NCBI GenBank assembly: GCA_036159995.1 | Contig: JAYYEI010000070.1 | Span: 11,928 to 75,927, forward strand | Length of the DNA: 64,000 bases | Reading direction: 5' to 3' | Source: Bacteroidota bacterium | Lineage (GTDB): Bacteria; Bacteroidota; Bacteroidia; Flavobacteriales_D; Sanyastnellaceae | In this document: one piece after another, positions 1-8,596 of the stretch | How positions within the stretch are numbered: the stretch's first letter is position 1 | How the letters are laid out: each line of letters starts with the position of its first letter | Translations under genes and position numbers: made by a program | Notes under the pieces: model-generated | Databases searched by the model: none | Told to the model about the DNA's origin: nothing | What the model saw: the letters and a program-made list of their open reading frames with translations, nothing else

Positions 1-216
1 GAACTGCTGGTCTCCCACCCAGCCGGGGACGGAGAGGAAGGTCACGCCGCTCAGGCTGGTTCCGATCATGCCGAAGGCCACGGCCCACCAAGGGCTGCGC
101 TTGCCCCCGAGGGTGAAATCCTCCATGCCCTGTCGGCGGCCGGGGCGGTTCCCCATCCAGAGCAGCAGTCCGAGATAGGCGATCACGGCCAAACCGGCCA
201 GCAGGGGAGCTTCCAT
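1..216 (-). CDS. sodium:solute symporter family protein, N-terminal fragment (gene continues beyond left edge)
   Basis: Manual reverse-complement translation from ATG (216-214) stays open to position 1: MEAPLLAGLAVIAYLGLLLWMGNRPGRRQGMEDFTLGGKRSPWWAVAFGMIGTSLSGVTFLSVPGWVGDQQF. TM1, then GGK/R, then the SG.TFLSVPG pattern typical of SSF N-termini. Absent from the ORF track because it is unterminated. Confidence 0.6.
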   Translation of the reverse strand, partial: MEAPLLAGLAVIAYLGLLLWMGNRPGRRQGMEDFTLGGKRSPWWAVAFGMIGTSLSGVTFLSVPGWVGDQQF

Positions 217-235
217 GCCGGCAAACTACACCGTG

Positions 236-243
236 TAACTTCG
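236..243 (+). promoter_or_regulatory. putative -7 promoter box TAACTTCG for recR
   Basis: Exact TAnnTT[CT]G match, 4 nt (tttc) before GTG 248. Confidence 0.45.
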
Positions 244-247
244 TTTC

Positions 248-880
248 GTGGAATTGCCCTCGAGACTCATTGACCGCGCCGTGGATCAGATTGCGGGGTT
301 GCCGGGAGTGGGGCGCCGGACGGCGCTTCGTCTGGCGCTGCACCTGCTCGCCCGGAATGAGGAGGATGTCCGCCGGTTCACCGAGTCCATCCAGGACATG
401 AGGGAGGGAGTCAAGGCTTGCACGGTCTGTGGCAACCTTGGGGAAGAGGAGGTGTGTGGCATCTGCCGGGATGCCCGCCGAGAAGACGGTCGGATTGCCG
501 TGGTTGAAGACCTTCGGGACCTGCTCGCCATCGAGGCCACAGGACATTTCCGGGGGCGCTACCATGTCCTGGGCGGTGTGATCAGTCCAATGGATGGCGT
601 TGGACCTGCTGATCTGCGGGTCGAATCCCTCGTCGCCCGGGCGGCCTCCGAAGCCTGCCAAGAGATTATTTTCGCCCTGCCCACCACGATGGAAGGGGAC
701 ACCACGGCGTTCTACCTGGACAAGCGGCTTCGGGAGTGCGGGGTGGAGATCACGACCCTGGCCCGCGGTGTGGCCGTGGGCGATGAGCTCCAGTATGCGG
801 ATGAGTTGACCTTGATCCGCTCCCTTCAACAGCGGCTTCCATACTCTGCCTCCACCGGGGACGTTTCCCCTGCGCCATGA
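248..880 (+). CDS. recR: recombination protein RecR
   Basis: 210 aa. HhH segment LPGVGRRTALRLALHLL, C4 zinc finger CTVCGNL..CGIC, Toprim-like C-terminal half. GTG start. Confidence 0.93.
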   Translation: MELPSRLIDRAVDQIAGLPGVGRRTALRLALHLLARNEEDVRRFTESIQDMREGVKACTVCGNLGEEEVCGICRDARREDGRIAVVEDLRDLLAIEATGHFRGRYHVLGGVISPMDGVGPADLRVESLVARAASEACQEIIFALPTTMEGDTTAFYLDKRLRECGVEITTLARGVAVGDELQYADELTLIRSLQQRLPYSASTGDVSPAP

Positions 881-2772
881 CCCTCTCCGTCATCGTCGTC
901 AGCTACAATGTCAAGGGGTACCTTTCCTTGTGTCTCGACTCGGCCATCGCCGCCATGGACAGGCTGGGTGAGGGCCAGTCGGAGCTTGTGGTTTTTGACA
1001 ACGCAAGTTCTGACGGATCAGCGGATTGGGTGTCTGAAAATTACCCTTCGGTCCAGGTCATTCGGTCTGAGGAAAACCTTGGATTCAGCGCAGGCAACAA
1101 CGCGGCCATCCGGCAATCGAGTGGGCGTTGGGTGCTGCTGTTGAACCCGGACACGGTTGTCCCGGAGGATACCTTTGAGCGGGTGCTGGCCCATGCGGAA
1201 GCCCATCCGGACGTCGGGGCCGTCGGCGTGCCCATGTTTGATGGGGCCGGGCAGTGGTTGCCCGAGAGCAAACGAGGGTTGCCCACTCCATGGGCCTCCT
1301 TCTGCCGGCTCAGCGGTCTCTGGCGCCTGGCGCCACGCAGCAGGTCGCTGAACCGCTACTACTGTGGCCACATTGCCCAGGGTGAGACGGCCGAGGTCGA
1401 GGTGCTCAGCGGAGCTTTCATGTGGCTGCGCCGCGAGGCCTTGGATCAGGCCGGTCTGCTCGATGAGGATTTCTTCATGTACGGTGAGGACATTGACCTG
1501 AGTGTCAGGATTCAACGCGCCGGGTGGGTCAACCACTACTGCAGTGAAGCGCCCATCGTCCACTTCAAAGGGGAAAGCACCAAGAAAGGGAGTCTGGCGT
1601 ACGTCCGGGTCTTCCATGATGCCATGCGCATCTTTTCGGGCAAGCACTTTGCTGGTGGTCAAGCCTTTGCCATGCGTTCGATGATTGAACTTGGCATCCG
1701 GGCTAGGTCGGTGTCGGCTTTTCTCCAGGGAAGGGTCCGGCGCCATGCCCTTCCATTGATGGAGGTGGGGCTCTCCTTTGCCGTGGCCTTTGTTTTGGTG
1801 CGGCTTCACGAGTGGTCCAGTGGGATCGGCCATCCCTCGTGGCCAACGCTGGTTCTGATGGCCATTGCGGGCGTCTCCGCAGGCCTTGGTGGGGTGTGGT
1901 TCGGAGCCATGGACCGTCCTTTCGTGCGGGTGCGGACCCTTCTCGCCGGTTTGGCTTCCGGTCTGGCGGCTTTGGCCCTGTATGCGGCCCTGCCGGAAGG
2001 GCTGCGGGTCAGCCGTGCGGCTGTGGGAATGCTGGTCCTCAGCCTTCTCCTTCTTCCCTTGCTCCTGCGCATGGTGTTGGTGGCGCTGTTGCCTGGGCGA
2101 TTCAGGTGGCGCCCTGCCCGGGCTGCCGTGGCCTTGATCGCCTCTGAATCGCGATTGGATTCGGTTCGTAAATGGGTTGAGTCTTCATATGGTAGCTCTC
2201 TCAATGTCAATATTTTGAATTACCCAATTGGAAGTGATGGTTTGGTCTTGTCCGGGCGCCATGAGTTGGTGTTGTGCGATGCGTCACTGGGAGGTTCGGC
2301 CGTATTGGCGGCCATCCGGGCTGGACGTACGGGCGGCGTGGATGTGCGGGTGATCCCGGAGTCGTTTTGGCTTGCCTTGGGCGGGGCGCGGCGGGATTCC
2401 GGGCCCGGAGAGCTCTTGCCGTGGGGAGCCGATGGACTGGGGAGGGTCCAGAGGGGGCGTGCAAAGCGTCGGGTGGATGTGTTGTGGTCGCTGTGGATTC
2501 TGCTCGTCGGTGGCGGACGCGGCCGGCATCGAAACTCCCTGTCCCGCCGCAACGCCCTGGCGGTCCTGAGTGGCAAGAAGACGTGGCTGGGGTTTCATGG
2601 TGGGTGGTCCGGCGAGGAACGTTTGCCCGCCTTGCAGCCCGGCGTCTTTAAGGTGGGTTCGGGTGATGCTGTGGATTCGGTGGGAGAGGCCAAACGACTG
2701 GACCTCAGGTATGCTTTTGATTTCGGTTGGGTGAGGGACCTCGAATTGTTGATGACGTTGAGGATGGATTGA
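877..2772 (+). CDS. glycosyltransferase family 2 protein fused to a polytopic membrane region and an Arg-rich C-terminal domain
   Basis: 631 aa. N-terminus SVIVVSYN..., LLNPDT and GEDIDLS motifs of the GT-A fold. At least four hydrophobic helices follow (e.g. WPTLVLMAIAGVSAGLGGVWFGA), then a soluble tail of about 250 aa. ATGA overlap with the recR stop. Confidence 0.8.
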   Translation: MTLSVIVVSYNVKGYLSLCLDSAIAAMDRLGEGQSELVVFDNASSDGSADWVSENYPSVQVIRSEENLGFSAGNNAAIRQSSGRWVLLLNPDTVVPEDTFERVLAHAEAHPDVGAVGVPMFDGAGQWLPESKRGLPTPWASFCRLSGLWRLAPRSRSLNRYYCGHIAQGETAEVEVLSGAFMWLRREALDQAGLLDEDFFMYGEDIDLSVRIQRAGWVNHYCSEAPIVHFKGESTKKGSLAYVRVFHDAMRIFSGKHFAGGQAFAMRSMIELGIRARSVSAFLQGRVRRHALPLMEVGLSFAVAFVLVRLHEWSSGIGHPSWPTLVLMAIAGVSAGLGGVWFGAMDRPFVRVRTLLAGLASGLAALALYAALPEGLRVSRAAVGMLVLSLLLLPLLLRMVLVALLPGRFRWRPARAAVALIASESRLDSVRKWVESSYGSSLNVNILNYPIGSDGLVLSGRHELVLCDASLGGSAVLAAIRAGRTGGVDVRVIPESFWLALGGARRDSGPGELLPWGADGLGRVQRGRAKRRVDVLWSLWILLVGGGRGRHRNSLSRRNALAVLSGKKTWLGFHGGWSGEERLPALQPGVFKVGSGDAVDSVGEAKRLDLRYAFDFGWVRDLELLMTLRMD

Positions 2773-2805
2773 CAAGCGGTGCCCTGTTTCGGGGTCTTCG
2801 CGCCG

Positions 2806-2813
2806 TAAATTCG
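2806..2813 (+). promoter_or_regulatory. putative -7 promoter box TAAATTCG for the E2 acyltransferase gene
   Basis: Exact TAnnTT[CT]G match, 32 nt before ATG 2846. Confidence 0.45.
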
Positions 2814-2845
2814 CTGACCTAAAACACCCTCCGGGCAATACATCC

Positions 2846-4213
2846 ATGGAGATCCTGCTACCGAAAATGGGCGAGAGCGTGGCTGAAGCGACCATCATCC
2901 GATGGGTCGTGGAAGAAGGCCAGAGCGTCGCGGCTGATGAGCCCATCATTGAAATCGCCACCGACAAGGTGGATTCGGAGGTTCCCGCGCCAGAAGACGG
3001 CGTACTCGTGAAGCATCTCGTAGCCGAAGGCGATGTGGTCCAGGTCGGTCAACCCATTGCGGTTTTCTCCATGAATGGGGAGGAGACGACGGCGGTTGCG
3101 CCGGACGTCACACCCGCTACGGAGAATGCGCCCGCCTCGGTGCAAGAAGATTCCCCAGCTGTTCCGAGTGAAGCGGTGTTGGCCGAAGTGTCCGCGCCGT
3201 TGTCCCCGACACCGGCTCCGGTGTCTTCGTCTTCTGTACATGGCAGCTTACCGAGCCGAGAGAGTGGGGGGCGCTTCTACAGCCCGCTCGTCCGGAGCAT
3301 TGCGGCGAAGGAGGGCATTGGCCAAGCCGAGCTCGATGCCATCCCCGGCTCCGGCAAAGGCGGCCGTGTGACCAAGAATGACATGATGGCCCATCTGGCC
3401 AATCGAGGTGCTTCCGCCGTTGGAGCGGCTTCTCAGGCACAGGCTGCTCCGCGTCCGGCAATGGCACCGTCTCCTCAACCGGTTGCGGTTTCCATGGACG
3501 GCGAAGACGAGATTGTGGAGATGGACCGCATGCGGAAGCTCATCGCGGACCACATGGTGCGCAGTGTCCAGACGAGTCCACACGTCACCTCGTTCGTTGA
3601 GGCCGACGTGACGCGCATTGTGGATTGGCGCAACCGAAACAAGTCGGCTTTCCAAGCCCAGACCGGACAGAAGCTCACGTTCACCCCATTCTTCATCGAG
3701 GCGGTAGCCAAGGCGCTCCGTGAATTCCCCGGAGTCAATGCCAGTGTCGATGGGGACCGCATCATCCTGAAGAAGGGCATCCACATCGGCATGGCGGCAG
3801 CCACGCCTGAGGGCAATCTCATTGTTCCGGTCATCCGAAATGCGGACCGGTACAACCTCAACGGTTTGGCCACCATCGTCAACGACCTCGCAGCCAGGGC
3901 CCGCCAGGGAGCTCTGAAGCCCGATGAGATCAGCGGCGGGACGTACACCGTTTCCAACGTAGGCACCTTTGGCAATGTCTTTGGAACGCCAATCATCAAT
4001 CAGCCCCAGGTGGGCATCCTGGCTCTGGGTGCCATCCGGAAGAAGCCGGCCGTGGTCGAGTCGGAGGAGGGAGACATGATTGCTGTGCGGCACATGATGT
4101 TCTTGTCTCACAGCTATGACCACCGTGTGGTCGATGGCCAGCTTGGCGGCAGCTTCGTCCGCCGCGTAGCGGATCACCTCGAGTCGTTCGACCCGAATCG
4201 GCCGGTGGTCTGA
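2846..4213 (+). CDS. 2-oxo acid dehydrogenase E2 component (dihydrolipoamide acyltransferase)
   Basis: 455 aa. Lipoyl domain with IATDKVDSEV, Ala/Pro-rich linker, E3-binding segment SPLVRSIAAKEGI, catalytic motif SHSYDHRVVDG. Confidence 0.92.
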   Translation: MEILLPKMGESVAEATIIRWVVEEGQSVAADEPIIEIATDKVDSEVPAPEDGVLVKHLVAEGDVVQVGQPIAVFSMNGEETTAVAPDVTPATENAPASVQEDSPAVPSEAVLAEVSAPLSPTPAPVSSSSVHGSLPSRESGGRFYSPLVRSIAAKEGIGQAELDAIPGSGKGGRVTKNDMMAHLANRGASAVGAASQAQAAPRPAMAPSPQPVAVSMDGEDEIVEMDRMRKLIADHMVRSVQTSPHVTSFVEADVTRIVDWRNRNKSAFQAQTGQKLTFTPFFIEAVAKALREFPGVNASVDGDRIILKKGIHIGMAAATPEGNLIVPVIRNADRYNLNGLATIVNDLAARARQGALKPDEISGGTYTVSNVGTFGNVFGTPIINQPQVGILALGAIRKKPAVVESEEGDMIAVRHMMFLSHSYDHRVVDGQLGGSFVRRVADHLESFDPNRPVV

Positions 4214-4315
4214 AGTTGGACACATGTCCTGTGGATAGGTCGGAATGACCTGACGCCAATTCCCCTCTTTGATTGACGTTTTCCCGGCAGGGTGCGCCCT
4301 ATTTTTCGCGCTGCG

Positions 4316-6595
4316 ATGCCCCGGATTCACTTCCTCGCCATGTTGCTCGCCGTGTCTTCGGCCGGTGCAGCCCAGATGACCTTCGACGGGCGTTGGCCCT
4401 CGTTGCCGGAGCTGGCGGATGGAAGCGGATTGCCTGACATCCTTGTCGGAGGGGAGGAACTGAGTGCCTACGAAGCGTACACTGAGGCCAACCGATTGAT
4501 CATCGAACAGAACTGGGCCAAGGCCGAGGCCATCCTTGAGACGATGATGGGTGCGGATGTCGACAACCGCAATCTGGCTTACAAGCGGGCGCTGTGTCTC
4601 CGGGCCATCAAAGGACGGCTTGAAGAAGCGGTGCCCCTCGCCATGCTGGCCATCCGCGGCGAGTTTGCCAAGCGGTACAATCCGTTTGATGTGGAAGTGA
4701 CCCTGCCGCCGGAGTCGGCCCTCGATATTGCGCTTGAGGTGCTCCAATTCAGCGGACATTACCCCGAGGCCCAGGCGGTGGCCAAGACCATGATGAGCCG
4801 GTATCCCGAACGGGACTTCCTCCACGACAAGGCGAAGCAGGCTATGGCGGATTGTGCGTTTGCCATGGGGTGCATCTCAGACCCCCAGCGGATGGACATT
4901 CAGGAAGAAGGGGCGCTCAACAGTGGAAGCGCGGACTACGCTCCCGTGTTGTCTCCTGATGGAGAGTCTATCTATTTCACTTCTTACCGTGGTCAAACCG
5001 GTGCGGACGACAAGAAGAAGGGGAGAATCTTCCGTGCCCTCTGGACGGATCGAGGTTGGTCCCGTCCTACGGAAGTCGAACTGGGCAACCGCGGAAAGGA
5101 CATGACCACCGTGGGCATCCTCGGGGATGAGGAAACGCTGCTGGTCTACCAGAGCCAACGGAATGAGGGAGCGGTCTGGAAGGTGGCCAAGGACGGAACC
5201 GGGCGGTGGGCCTTCGAGGAGAAGCTCGGGTATCCGATTGACTCGAGGCACTGGGAGACGTCGCTTACGGAGCGGTTTGACGGCCGCGAACGCGTGTTCG
5301 TTTCGGATCGTCCTGGAGGCCAGGGTGGACGCGATTTGTATCGAACGGTGCTCCTCCCGGATGGCACGTGGTCCGAACCGCTCAACTTGGGCAGCCGGAT
5401 CAACACCCCGGGTGAGGAGGAGAGTCCAGTCCTGAGTGCGGACGGACGGTTCCTCGTGTTTTCCTCCAACGGTCACCAGGGAATGGGTGGATTTGACCTC
5501 TTCCGCTGTGTCCGCCTCGACAATGGCAGCTGGAGTGAGCCCGAGCACATGGGCTTCCCGTTGAACACGCCGGGCGATGAGGCCATGGTGACCCTCGACG
5601 CTTCGGGTCAGTCCGGTTACCTCTCGAGCAAGCGGGAGGGTGGACTGGATCTTGACATCTATCGCGTGGACATTCTCGGAGAGCCGGAGGAGGCCCTCGC
5701 CGTGTACCTCGGCAAGGTCAACAGCTGGCGGGAGGGCGATGTCATCGAAGTCAAATCAATCGACGAAGGTCCGGCCGTGTTCCGCGTGTTCCGAGCCCGT
5801 CCGGGCCAAGGAGACTTCGTGGCGGCCCTGCCTCCGTGTCGGGAATACCGGATGTCGTGGGTGCGCCGTGGCAAGACCTTGGAGTCGCGTTCGGAATTCA
5901 TTCCGTGTGACGCCGCCTATGGCAATGACCGGGAGATTGGCCGCCTCGACCCCTTCGGTAAAGAGGAGAAGAAGCAGGTTCTCCCGCGGGAGATGCCCAA
6001 CCGGAAACCGAGGACCGAATCGGGGACCGGGGCGATGAAGGCGGGCACCTATGTCGCGGCCTCCACGGAGGCGGACGTTCCTTCGGGTTCCGAATCCACT
6101 CCTGCTCCAAGCCACAGCTTTGACCGCGTGGAGGAGGGGGTGGATCCGGTGGCCTCCGCGCCAACGGCCATGGCCTACGTGGAGTTTGAGGCCGTCAGTG
6201 CCACGGTGGAGTTCGGTTATGGCCGTTATCTAACCCAGACCGGATCGGTCGAGGTGCAGGGCATGGTCGCCGAGATTCTGGCCCGTCGAGCGATGGGAGA
6301 GGTGCCCGTGCTGGAAATCGAAGGCAGCGCTTCCTTCGTGCCAGTCAAGAACAAGCGCGCCTACGAGTCCAACGAGCAGCTGGCCAAGATGCGGGCGCAA
6401 CGGGCCCGGGACGCCATCATCACTGCTCTGTCTGCTGAAGGACTCGAGGTCGGCATCGATTTCCAGATTGTGCTGGACTGGAAGGTGGCCGGCCCCGAAT
6501 TCAAGGGTGATGCCGTCGCGGGCCAGTCCACCTACCGCAACTTCCAATACGCCAAGTTCTCACTCGGGCGTCAACTCGTGGAGAAACGACGGTGA
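4316..6595 (+). CDS. secreted TPR / PD40 (TolB-like beta-propeller repeat) protein with degenerate OmpA-like C-terminus
   Basis: The ORF track starts at 4292. I prefer ATG 4316 (MPRIHFLAMLLAVSSAGAAQ signal peptide) because a promoter-like box at 4300-4308 lies inside the extension. PD40-type repeats are present (SPDGESIYFTSYR, SADGRFLVFSSN, GGFDLF, LDLDIYRV). The C-terminus aligns loosely to OmpA-like domains. Confidence 0.8.
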   Translation: MPRIHFLAMLLAVSSAGAAQMTFDGRWPSLPELADGSGLPDILVGGEELSAYEAYTEANRLIIEQNWAKAEAILETMMGADVDNRNLAYKRALCLRAIKGRLEEAVPLAMLAIRGEFAKRYNPFDVEVTLPPESALDIALEVLQFSGHYPEAQAVAKTMMSRYPERDFLHDKAKQAMADCAFAMGCISDPQRMDIQEEGALNSGSADYAPVLSPDGESIYFTSYRGQTGADDKKKGRIFRALWTDRGWSRPTEVELGNRGKDMTTVGILGDEETLLVYQSQRNEGAVWKVAKDGTGRWAFEEKLGYPIDSRHWETSLTERFDGRERVFVSDRPGGQGGRDLYRTVLLPDGTWSEPLNLGSRINTPGEEESPVLSADGRFLVFSSNGHQGMGGFDLFRCVRLDNGSWSEPEHMGFPLNTPGDEAMVTLDASGQSGYLSSKREGGLDLDIYRVDILGEPEEALAVYLGKVNSWREGDVIEVKSIDEGPAVFRVFRARPGQGDFVAALPPCREYRMSWVRRGKTLESRSEFIPCDAAYGNDREIGRLDPFGKEEKKQVLPREMPNRKPRTESGTGAMKAGTYVAASTEADVPSGSESTPAPSHSFDRVEEGVDPVASAPTAMAYVEFEAVSATVEFGYGRYLTQTGSVEVQGMVAEILARRAMGEVPVLEIEGSASFVPVKNKRAYESNEQLAKMRAQRARDAIITALSAEGLEVGIDFQIVLDWKVAGPEFKGDAVAGQSTYRNFQYAKFSLGRQLVEKRR

Positions 6596-6614
6596 TTGGA
6601 CGCATCTTCGCGCC

Positions 6615-7460
6615 ATGGACCGGATTGATCTGAACCTGCCGCTCGAGCGGCCCCTTGTCTTCTTTGACCTCGAGACCACCGGCACGGATGTGGCCAAGGA
6701 CCGCATTGTGGAGATGGCCTTTGTGAAGGTGATGCCCGACGGTCAATGGCATGTACGCCCCGACAAGGCCAATGGTCAGGATCGCCTGCTCATCAACCCG
6801 GAGATGCCCATTCCGGCTGAATCATCCGCGGTGCACGGCATCACCGACGAGCTCGTGAAAGAGGCTCCGACGTTTGCCTCCCTGGCCAACCGGCTGTACC
6901 GTTGGCTGGACGGGTGTGACCTCGCCGGATTCAATTCCAACCGGTTCGATGTGCCGCTGCTGGCGGAGGAATTCCTGCGGAGCAACATCGCCTTCCGGGT
7001 GGACGACCGCCACCTCGTCGATGTCCAGAACATCTTCCACAAGATGGAGCAGCGGACCCTGCGTGCCGCGCTCAAGTTCTATTGTGACGAGGACCTCGAC
7101 GATGCGCACGAGGCCCTGCCCGACATCCTGGCGACCATCAAGGTTTTTGCGAGCCAATTGACCCGCTACAAGGAGAAGACCATCCTCGATTCCCGGGGGG
7201 AGACGGTGGGGCCCCTGCCGCAGGACGTGCCCGGGATTGCGGAATTTGGTCGGCGGAACCGCAATGTTGACCTCGCCGGGCGGTTCGTCTACAACGACGA
7301 CGATGAACCCGTCATCAACTTCGGCAAGCACCGCGGCCGCCTCCTGAAGGACATCTTGCGCAACGACAGCGGGTACTTCCGGTGGATGATGGACGCCGAC
7401 TTCCCGCGCAACACCAAGTGGGTCCTCCAGGAAATCCACGACGGACTCAAGAACGCCTGA
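6615..7460 (+). CDS. DEDDh 3'-5' exonuclease (DnaQ/epsilon-like domain protein)
   Basis: Start moved to ATG 6615 (MDRIDLNLPLERPLVFFDLETTG). Exo motifs FFDLETTG, HGITDE, FNSNRFDVPLL and HEALPD (H-x4-D). Confidence 0.85.
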   Translation: MDRIDLNLPLERPLVFFDLETTGTDVAKDRIVEMAFVKVMPDGQWHVRPDKANGQDRLLINPEMPIPAESSAVHGITDELVKEAPTFASLANRLYRWLDGCDLAGFNSNRFDVPLLAEEFLRSNIAFRVDDRHLVDVQNIFHKMEQRTLRAALKFYCDEDLDDAHEALPDILATIKVFASQLTRYKEKTILDSRGETVGPLPQDVPGIAEFGRRNRNVDLAGRFVYNDDDEPVINFGKHRGRLLKDILRNDSGYFRWMMDADFPRNTKWVLQEIHDGLKNA

Positions 7461-8596
7461 TGGGCCGGGGGCGCATCGCAGTCCTCGTTTCCAATGACCT
7501 CACCTTCGACCAGCGGGTGAGAAAAACCTGTGCCACCCTGCAACGGGCGGGCTGGGAGCCGGTCCTGATCGGACGGCGGATGAACCGGGCGGATGCGGTC
7601 AGCATCGACCGGCCGTATCGAACGGAACGGCTGTGGCTCCAATTCCACACCGGCCCCCTGTTCTATTTGTCGCTCCAGCTTGGACTCTGCCGGGCGTTGG
7701 CCCGCCTCCAGAAGGAAGGGGGGGTGACGGCGGTCTGGGCCAACGACCTCGACACGTTGGGGCCGGCCGTGGAGGCGAGTCGCCGATATGGGTGGGCCGT
7801 GGCGTACGACAGCCACGAGTGGTTCACCGAAGCGGAAGGCCTGAACGGCCAGCCTCTGAAGAAGGCGGTCTGGCGGCGTTGGGAGCGTCGTTGTTTCCGG
7901 GGCATCACCCGGATGCTGACGGTCAATGACGCCATTGCCGAAGCCTATGCCGCCCTCGGACCGACGGTGGAAGTCGTGCCCAACGTGCCGGAACGGCTCG
8001 ATCCAGCCCAGCCGATGCCGAGGGCCGAACTGGGGTGGCCGGAGGGTTCGACGATGCTGCTGATGCAGGGGGCGTTCATGGACCGGGACCGGGGGGCCTT
8101 GGACGCCGTCCGGGCCATGGTCCACCTGCCCGAGCTCCACCTTGCCCTGATTGGGGCTGGGCCGGAACATGCCGAGGCAGGTCCGTTGGCAGAGCGCCTC
8201 GGGGTGGCGGATCGGGTCCACGTCCACGAACGGATGCCCTACGATCAGCTTCGGCGGTGCACCGCGGCGGCCGACATCGGATTGTCACTGGACCGCCCCA
8301 CGGTCGACAATTTCCGGTTCAGTCTGCCCAACAAGTTGTTTGACTTCCTGCACGCGGGCTTGCCGGTGGTCTGCTCGGACCTGCCGGTGGCCGGACGTTT
8401 CGTTCGGGAAAACGCCACCGGAGAGGTGGCCTTGTCTGCTGATGGCGATGAGGCCATTGCGCAGGAAATCACCACGGCCGTCCGACGGGTGTTGTCTTCT
8501 CCTCCGGCCAAGGACCATTTGGCCGAGGTGGCCGAGCGTCACCATTGGGAGGCCCATGCGGAGACCGTGCTCCGGGCCATCCATCATCCGGGCTGA
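7460..8596 (+). CDS. glycosyltransferase (GT-B fold, family 4-like)
   Basis: Start at ATG 7460 (MGRGRIAVLVSNDL...), a TGATG overlap with the exonuclease stop. The C-terminal half (LPNKLFDFLHAGLPVVCSDL) resembles GT1/GT4 nucleotide-sugar binding domains. Confidence 0.8.
   Translation: MGRGRIAVLVSNDLTFDQRVRKTCATLQRAGWEPVLIGRRMNRADAVSIDRPYRTERLWLQFHTGPLFYLSLQLGLCRALARLQKEGGVTAVWANDLDTLGPAVEASRRYGWAVAYDSHEWFTEAEGLNGQPLKKAVWRRWERRCFRGITRMLTVNDAIAEAYAALGPTVEVVPNVPERLDPAQPMPRAELGWPEGSTMLLMQGAFMDRDRGALDAVRAMVHLPELHLALIGAGPEHAEAGPLAERLGVADRVHVHERMPYDQLRRCTAAADIGLSLDRPTVDNFRFSLPNKLFDFLHAGLPVVCSDLPVAGRFVRENATGEVALSADGDEAIAQEITTAVRRVLSSPPAKDHLAEVAERHHWEAHAETVLRAIHHPG

Noticed and set aside
3248-4825. 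525-aa minus-strand ORF antisense to the E2 acyltransferase and the PD40 protein genes
   Set aside because: It spans an intergenic region and two well-supported plus-strand genes. The translation is Arg/Gly/Pro/His-rich with no recognisable motifs. This is a typical shadow ORF of GC-rich DNA.
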